From: an uncultured Alphaproteobacteria bacterium
GTDB taxonomy: Bacteria > Pseudomonadota > Alphaproteobacteria > ATCC43930 > CGMCC-115725
Reading direction: 5' to 3'
Assembly (NCBI GenBank): GCA_963814865.1
Contig: CAWFEN010000009.1
Coordinates: forward strand, 167,041 to 231,040
DNA: 64,000 nucleotides
Part shown: positions 58,952 through 64,000 of the stretch, piece by piece
Numbering within the stretch: the first letter of the stretch is position 1
Layout: each line of letters begins with the position of its first letter
Position numbers and translations under genes: made by a program
Notes under the pieces: generated by a model
Told to the model about the DNA's origin: nothing
The model's input: only the letters and a program-made list of their open reading frames with translations
Database searches by the model: none

Positions 58952-61434
58952 GACCGCGCCCCCGGGCCGGACAGGGTACGGGCGAATTCGGCGGCCTTGG
59001 CGGCAAACATGTCGAGCCGCGCGGAAATCCGCTGATTGAGAGTGCCGGCCGGGTAGTCGCCATCGGCATCGGGCTGTCCCGCCGGAACCCCGGTCAGCAG
59101 TTCGAGCCCCTGATCGACCGTGTCGATCGGATAGATCGCAAACCGTCCCTCGGCCGCCGCCGCGACGACATCCCGGCGCAGCATCAGGTGGCTGACGTTG
59201 CTGGCCGGGATGACGACGCCTTGACGCCCGGTGAAGCCGGCGATCCGGCAGCTGTCGAAAAAGCCCTCGATCTTTTCGTTGACCCCGCCGATCGCCTGGA
59301 TCTGGCCGCGCTGATCGACCGAGCCGGTGACCGCGAAACACTGCTTGATCGGCGCGTCGGCCAAGGCCGAGAGCAGCGCGAACAGCTCGGCGGCCGAGGC
59401 GCTGTCGCCGTCGACGCCGCCATAGGATTGTTCGAAGACCAGGCTGGCATTGAGCGACAGCGGCCGGTTTCGGCCGAAGCGGCCGCCGAGAAATCCGGCG
59501 AGGATCAGCACCCCCTTCGAATGCAGCGGACCGCCAAGCTGGACTTCGCGTTCGATGTCGACGACCTCGCCGCGGCCGAGCCGCACCTGCGCGGTGATCC
59601 GGGTCGGGGTGCCGAAGGCGAGGGTGCCGAGGGTGATCACCGAAAGCCCGTTGATCTGGCCGATCTCGTCGCCGTCGGTCTCGATGCGGATGGTCTTGCG
59701 GGCGATCTCTTCCTGCAGGCGGCGGTAGATGCGGTCGCCGCGGCGGAATTGCGCGTCGATCGCCGCCTGCACCTCGGCCGGGCCGACGATGTCCTTGCCG
59801 GCATCGGCGGCGACCTGGTCGGATTCCTGCAGCAGATCGGTGAACGCGCGCATGCTCGTCGACAGTTTGTCGGAATCGCCGGCGAGGCGGGCCGCCTGCT
59901 CGATGACGCGCGCCACCGCGTCGCGGTCGAGCGACCGCAGCTTTTCGCGGCGGCCGATCGCGCAGATCAGGCGCGCGTAGAGCAATGTCGTCTCCGGACT
60001 GCGCTCGACCCGGTCTTCGAAATCGGCCGCAATCTTGAACAGATCGGCGAATTCCTCGTCGTTGGCGCTGAGCAGGTAATAAAGCGCCGGCGGCCCGACC
60101 AGCACGATCTTGACGTCGAGCGGGATCGGTTCGGGCGCGAGCGACACCGTGCTCGCCATGCTCAGCAACTGTTCCAGGCTTTCGATCCGGATCTGACCGG
60201 CATTCAGCGCCCGCTTCAGCGAGGCCCAGCCGAAATTGCCGGCCAGCAGCTTTTGCGCGTCGAGGATCAGATAGCCGCCATTCGCCCGGTGCAGCGCGCC
60301 TGCAATCAACAGGTTGAAGTCGGTGACCAATGCCCCGAAACGCGCCAAATGCTCGACGCGGCCGACCAGGGTCTGATGCGTCGGATTGTCCTCATCGACA
60401 ACCGGCGCGCCTTTTTGTGCGCCGTTGTCGACGATGACGTTGACCTGATAGGCGCGGAACCGGCCGTCCTCGAGCGCCTGGACGATCGGCTGGGTCGCCG
60501 GGGCTTCCGGCGGGGCCGGCGGCAGGAAAGCGTCGGCGTTTTGCTTCACGTCCTGCTCGACCGCATCGAGATAATGCGCGACCTCGGGCACGTCGCCAAA
60601 GGCGCCGCGCAGCTCCTCGATCAGATGCGCGATGGCAAAGCCGGTGGTCTCGCGATTGAGCGCCTGCGCGGCGTCGCGGTGCTCGCGCTCCCATTGCGGC
60701 ACCTCGCGCATGATCGCCTCGAGCTCGGTCTGAACGGCTTCGATCTCGTGCTGAATGCGCTCCCGGTCGCCGGGCGGCAGCTCCTCGAACATCTCCGGCG
60801 TCAGCACCTTGCCGTCGCGTTTGGGCGCCAGGCCCAGCCCGGCCGGGGTCCGGATGAGGGTGATGCCCTTGCTTTCCGCGCGCTGCTGCAGGGCGCCGAA
60901 CGACTGCTCGCTGCGCTGCTTGAACTGCTGCTCGATCGCGTCGCGGCGCGCGCGGTATTCGTCGCGCTCGAACGCAGCCGGCAAGGCCGCGCGCAATTCC
61001 TCGATCAGCCGCGTCATCGCCGCGGCGAGCCTGATGCCGCGGCCCGGCGGCAGCCGCAGGCAGCGAGGCTGCTGCGGATCGGCGAAATTGTTGACGTAGC
61101 ACCAGTCGGGCGGCGTCGGCTCGCTCTGCGCCCGGCTGCGCAGCAGGTCCTCGACCGTGTCGTGCCGGCCGCTGCCGCTGGCGCCCAGCGCATAGACGTT
61201 GTAGCCCTTGCGGCGCATCCGCATGGCGAATTGGATGGCGTCGACGGCCCGCTCCTGGCCGACCGGCCCGGGCGCCTCGTCGAGCTCGCTGCACAATGCG
61301 AAGGGCAGGTCGGCCGGATCGCAGCGGCGGTAGAGCAGAGCCGGCGGCAACGGGCGGCCGAGTTCAAAGCCTGCATCGGCAGGCGGCGACCCAATCGCCG
61401 CGTCGGCACCGCGGGCCGCTGTCTGATCCGCCAT
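58948..61434 (-). CDS. Lon-like (LonC-type) protease with a degenerate AAA+ module
   Basis: Walker-A-like GASGSGRH (Arg in place of Lys), YLILDA, and a long insertion between the ATPase motifs. C-terminal S16 domain with GDSASAAE (Ser) and GGVNEKIEGFF (Lys); 828 aa. Confidence 0.75.
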   Translation of the reverse strand: MADQTAARGADAAIGSPPADAGFELGRPLPPALLYRRCDPADLPFALCSELDEAPGPVGQERAVDAIQFAMRMRRKGYNVYALGASGSGRHDTVEDLLRSRAQSEPTPPDWCYVNNFADPQQPRCLRLPPGRGIRLAAAMTRLIEELRAALPAAFERDEYRARRDAIEQQFKQRSEQSFGALQQRAESKGITLIRTPAGLGLAPKRDGKVLTPEMFEELPPGDRERIQHEIEAVQTELEAIMREVPQWEREHRDAAQALNRETTGFAIAHLIEELRGAFGDVPEVAHYLDAVEQDVKQNADAFLPPAPPEAPATQPIVQALEDGRFRAYQVNVIVDNGAQKGAPVVDEDNPTHQTLVGRVEHLARFGALVTDFNLLIAGALHRANGGYLILDAQKLLAGNFGWASLKRALNAGQIRIESLEQLLSMASTVSLAPEPIPLDVKIVLVGPPALYYLLSANDEEFADLFKIAADFEDRVERSPETTLLYARLICAIGRREKLRSLDRDAVARVIEQAARLAGDSDKLSTSMRAFTDLLQESDQVAADAGKDIVGPAEVQAAIDAQFRRGDRIYRRLQEEIARKTIRIETDGDEIGQINGLSVITLGTLAFGTPTRITAQVRLGRGEVVDIEREVQLGGPLHSKGVLILAGFLGGRFGRNRPLSLNASLVFEQSYGGVDGDSASAAELFALLSALADAPIKQCFAVTGSVDQRGQIQAIGGVNEKIEGFFDSCRIAGFTGRQGVVIPASNVSHLMLRRDVVAAAAEGRFAIYPIDTVDQGLELLTGVPAGQPDADGDYPAGTLNQRISARLDMFAAKAAEFARTLSGPGARS

Positions 61435-61587
61435 CCCTACCGCGCTCCCCCCCGTGACCCGTGCGCCGTTCGCCTTATGCCGCCCAGACCAGCGGCTCGA
61501 TCGGCGGCGGGCAAGGCACAGGTTATGGCGATGTCGCCGGTACGCTGCAACGGCGGCGGGCCCGACCCCGACAAACAGCGGGCGGCC

Positions 61588-62731
61588 TCACCGGCCGGGA
61601 CGGCCGGCGATCCAGCCCGTGCTCTGCATCTCGATCAGCCGCGATACGGTGCGCCGGAATTCGAAGGTGCCGTCGCCGGCGACGTAGATTTCCTCGGGCG
61701 GCACCTCGGCCGAGGCGATCAGCAGGGTGCGCGCCTCATAGAGCGTGTCGATCAGGATGTTGAAGCGCCGCGCCTCGTCGCGCCGCTCGCGCTCGAGACG
61801 CGGGATGCCTTCGACGACGATCGCGGCAAAGCGGCCGGCGACGGCGAGGTAATCAGCGGCGCCGAGCGGCCGGCCGCACAGCTCGGCAAAGCTGAACCAG
61901 GCGACGCCGCGTGCCGCGCGCGGCACGACGAGCGAACGGCCTTTGACGCCGAGCACGATGCTCGCGCCCGGCGCGCCGTCGGTCAGCTCGGCAAAGGCGT
62001 TTTCGAGCGCCCGGTGCGCCGCCGTCGCCGAGCGGCGTGTGATAGACCTTCTTGCCCGCCAGCCGGGCGAGCCGATAGTCGCGCCCGCTGTCGAGCGCCA
62101 GCACAAAAAGCTTTCTCTTCAGGAGAGCGATAAACGGCAGAAACCGCTCGCGGTGCAGGCCGTGCTCGTAAAGCTCGTCCGGCGCGCGGTTCGAGGTCGC
62201 CACGACCACGATGCCGGCATCGAACAGCGCCGTGAACAGGCGTTCGAGGATCATCGCGTCGGCGATGTCGTCGACCTGGAACTCGTCGAAGCAGAGCAGC
62301 GCCGCCGCGCCGGCGATGTCGGCGGCGACCTTGGCGATCGGCTCGCGCGCTCGGGCGCGGCGCTCCTGCTCGATCCGGTCGTGGATCTCGAGCATGAAGG
62401 CGTGGAAATGCACCCGCCGCTTGTGCGCGACCGGCGCGACGCCGAAGAACAGATCCATCAGCAAGGTTTTGCCGCGCCCGACCGGGCCGCACAGATAGAG
62501 GCCGACCGGGGCGTGCGCGTCGTTGTGCTCGGCCAGGCCAAAGCGGGCGAGCCAGCCGTGCAGCCCGGATTCGGGGCGATAATCGAGCAGCGCGCGATGG
62601 AGGCTCTGCAACCGCTCGACCGCCAATTGCTGCGCCGCATCGGGTTCGAGCCGCCCCTGCCGGCGCAGTGCGCGGTAAAGCGCCATCGGCTGCCGCGCGG
62701 CGCCTCCGGCGTCTGCATCAAGTGGCGTCAT
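61588..62731 (-). pseudogene. zapE: cell division protein ZapE (AFG1-like ATPase) with one frame disruption (or sequencing error)
   Basis: [19 protein letters not shown] (Walker A) and [16 protein letters not shown] (Walker B) in one frame. [37 protein letters not shown].. is in another. An extra G lies near 62015-62030. Confidence 0.8.
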
Positions 62732-62862
62732 CGAAACCGGAAAGGCTGGAGGGGCGTGGCGCGGCGCAAAAATTCGGAGCGGGCATGGCGCCGCAGGCCG
62801 CGGCCGCGGGATCTACTTCAGCCGGGATGCAAGCGCAACCGGGTCGCGGGCGCTCCGGGGGA

Positions 62863-63885
62863 TCATTCGCCCCACATCAGGAACAGGCCGACATCTCCCG
62901 GAAACCCGTTCGGAAAATCGAGCACCCGTGCGCTCAGGTGAAAGCCGTGCGGCCTCAGATCGCTTTGCCAGCGCAGGTAGATCTCGGCAGCCTCGCCGCG
63001 CAGGGTCTCGGGCCATTCCGGCAGCGGCGTGTTGATCGCCCGTCCCCGGTCGGTGCACAGATCGGCGGGAAACCGCAGCAGCATGAATTCCTTCTCGCCA
63101 TGTTCGGCGGCCTCGCGGGCGCGATGCAGCAGCAAGCGCCAATTTTCGTCGGCGACATGGTGGTCGATCAGCTCCTTGACGCGATGACGGCGTTCCTCCG
63201 CGACGGACCGGCGCGCCGCCTCGTGCTGATCGGCCTTGTGGTGCTCGAAATCGGCGACCAGCCCATGGAAATCGGTTACGGTCGGGCCCGGCTCGGCCGT
63301 CGCCGGCTTTTTGTCGGGCGGCAGGCCTGCCGCCACGGCCTCGCCTTTGCGCCCGAAGCGGCTGTCGATCGCGGTGAGAACGTCGGCAAACGCCCGATGC
63401 CGTCCGAGGCCGTGCCCCGAACCCTGCGACGGCGCCTGGTCGGCGGCCAAAGCGCGCAGCAGATCGGCCCGGCTGACGATCCCGGCGATGCGGCCGTCGC
63501 GCACCACCGGGACCCGCTTGATCCGATACGTCGCCAGGATCCGGCCGATTTCCGCGGCTTCGGCGGTTTCGGCAATCGTCACCACCGGCGCGGACATGAC
63601 CTCCCGAGCGGTGTGCTTCGGGTCGCGCAAGGTGGCCAGGAAATCCGGGTGGAGCGCTTCTCCTTCGGCGAGAAGCGTCAGCCACCAGTCGCGCCGCGCC
63701 TGGCGATCGGGTTCGGTGCGTCCGATCAGATCGCCCTCGCTGACCATTCCGATCGGCACCCCCTCCTTATCGACCACCGGCGCCGCGCTGATGCCGTGAT
63801 CGAGAAGCAGCCGCGCAATTTCGCGCGTCGGGGTATCCGGAAGGACCGTAACCACATCCGTGGTCATGAATTCGCGCGCTTGCAT
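62863..63885 (-). CDS. CBS-pair domain protein with an uncharacterised C-terminal domain
   Basis: Two CBS repeats (MTTDVVTVLPDTPTREIARLLLDHGISAAPVVD.. and VMSAPVVTIAETAEAAEIGRILATYRIKRVPVV..), followed by about 190 aa of unrecognised sequence. Confidence 0.7.
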   Translation of the reverse strand: MQAREFMTTDVVTVLPDTPTREIARLLLDHGISAAPVVDKEGVPIGMVSEGDLIGRTEPDRQARRDWWLTLLAEGEALHPDFLATLRDPKHTAREVMSAPVVTIAETAEAAEIGRILATYRIKRVPVVRDGRIAGIVSRADLLRALAADQAPSQGSGHGLGRHRAFADVLTAIDSRFGRKGEAVAAGLPPDKKPATAEPGPTVTDFHGLVADFEHHKADQHEAARRSVAEERRHRVKELIDHHVADENWRLLLHRAREAAEHGEKEFMLLRFPADLCTDRGRAINTPLPEWPETLRGEAAEIYLRWQSDLRPHGFHLSARVLDFPNGFPGDVGLFLMWGE

Positions 63886-63916
63886 CGCGCCACCCTACGG
63901 CACCCGCCGACCGCCC

Positions 63917-64000
63917 TCAATGGGCGATCAGCACCGGCACGGCCGCCGCGGCTGCCTGCAGCACATGCCGGGTGAAGCCGCCGAAGACCCATTCGCGCAG
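63917..64000 (-). CDS. 3' end of a universal stress protein family gene (5' part outside the window)
   Basis: ..LREWVFGGFTRHVLQAAAAAVPVLIAH* is a typical UspA C-terminus. TGA at 63917-63919. Confidence 0.5.
   Translation of the reverse strand: MREWVFGGFTRHVLQAAAAAVPVLIAH

Noticed and set aside
56935-58953. 672-aa ORF spanning the tsaC region and running antisense through the USP-like gene.
   Set aside because: Only residues from MAAVPAP.. to ..FAEILWLS match the Sua5/TsaC family. The remainder is Arg/Pro-rich read-through after the frameshift. The true C-terminus (..AVTPIPERGLGRAISDRLRRAA) is in ORF 57803..58117.

Overview
High-GC chromosomal segment that looks alphaproteobacterial. The evidence is a permuted two-piece tmRNA gene with tag ANDNFATEALAA, an alpha-type sspB next to it, the ffh-rpsP-rimM-trmD-rplS-leuC block, and GTCATTCCGGG-type palindromic repeats; the lineage is an inference.

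Content is mostly core and metabolic genes:
- CoA-transferases, greB, a MetE-like methyltransferase, thyX, gor, a class II DAHP synthase and a NAPRT-like gene.
- Three tandem enolase-superfamily genes, a thiolase/OB-fold pair, Sua5/TsaC, ZapE and a LonC-like protease.
- A rearranged peptide/opine-type ABC transporter locus with three tandem substrate-binding paralogs plus a fourth 3' remnant.
- Three paralogous MFS transporter genes (one intact, two tandem and heavily frameshifted).
- Two AT-richer islets: a Doc toxin module at about 29.6-31.1 kb and a DUF433 / unknown / DUF1828-DUF1829 three-gene module at about 50.4-51.9 kb.

I found no rRNA, tRNA, CRISPR array, transposase or integrase.

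Most notable observations:
1. An approximately 215-nt leader is conserved upstream of all three MFS paralogs. It has compensatory base changes, mutually exclusive helices and a helix that would sequester the SD and AUG. I cannot assign it to a riboswitch class I know.
2. About 16 otherwise well-conserved genes are broken only by small indels, including thyX and tsaC.
3. A GxxExxY gene is bracketed by 36-bp inverted repeats.
4. A 19-nt triplication contains the ffh start codon.
5. Four approximately 17-nt direct repeats lie in the ffh / LuxR-type regulator intergenic region.

All family assignments come from motif recognition by eye; no database search was run.
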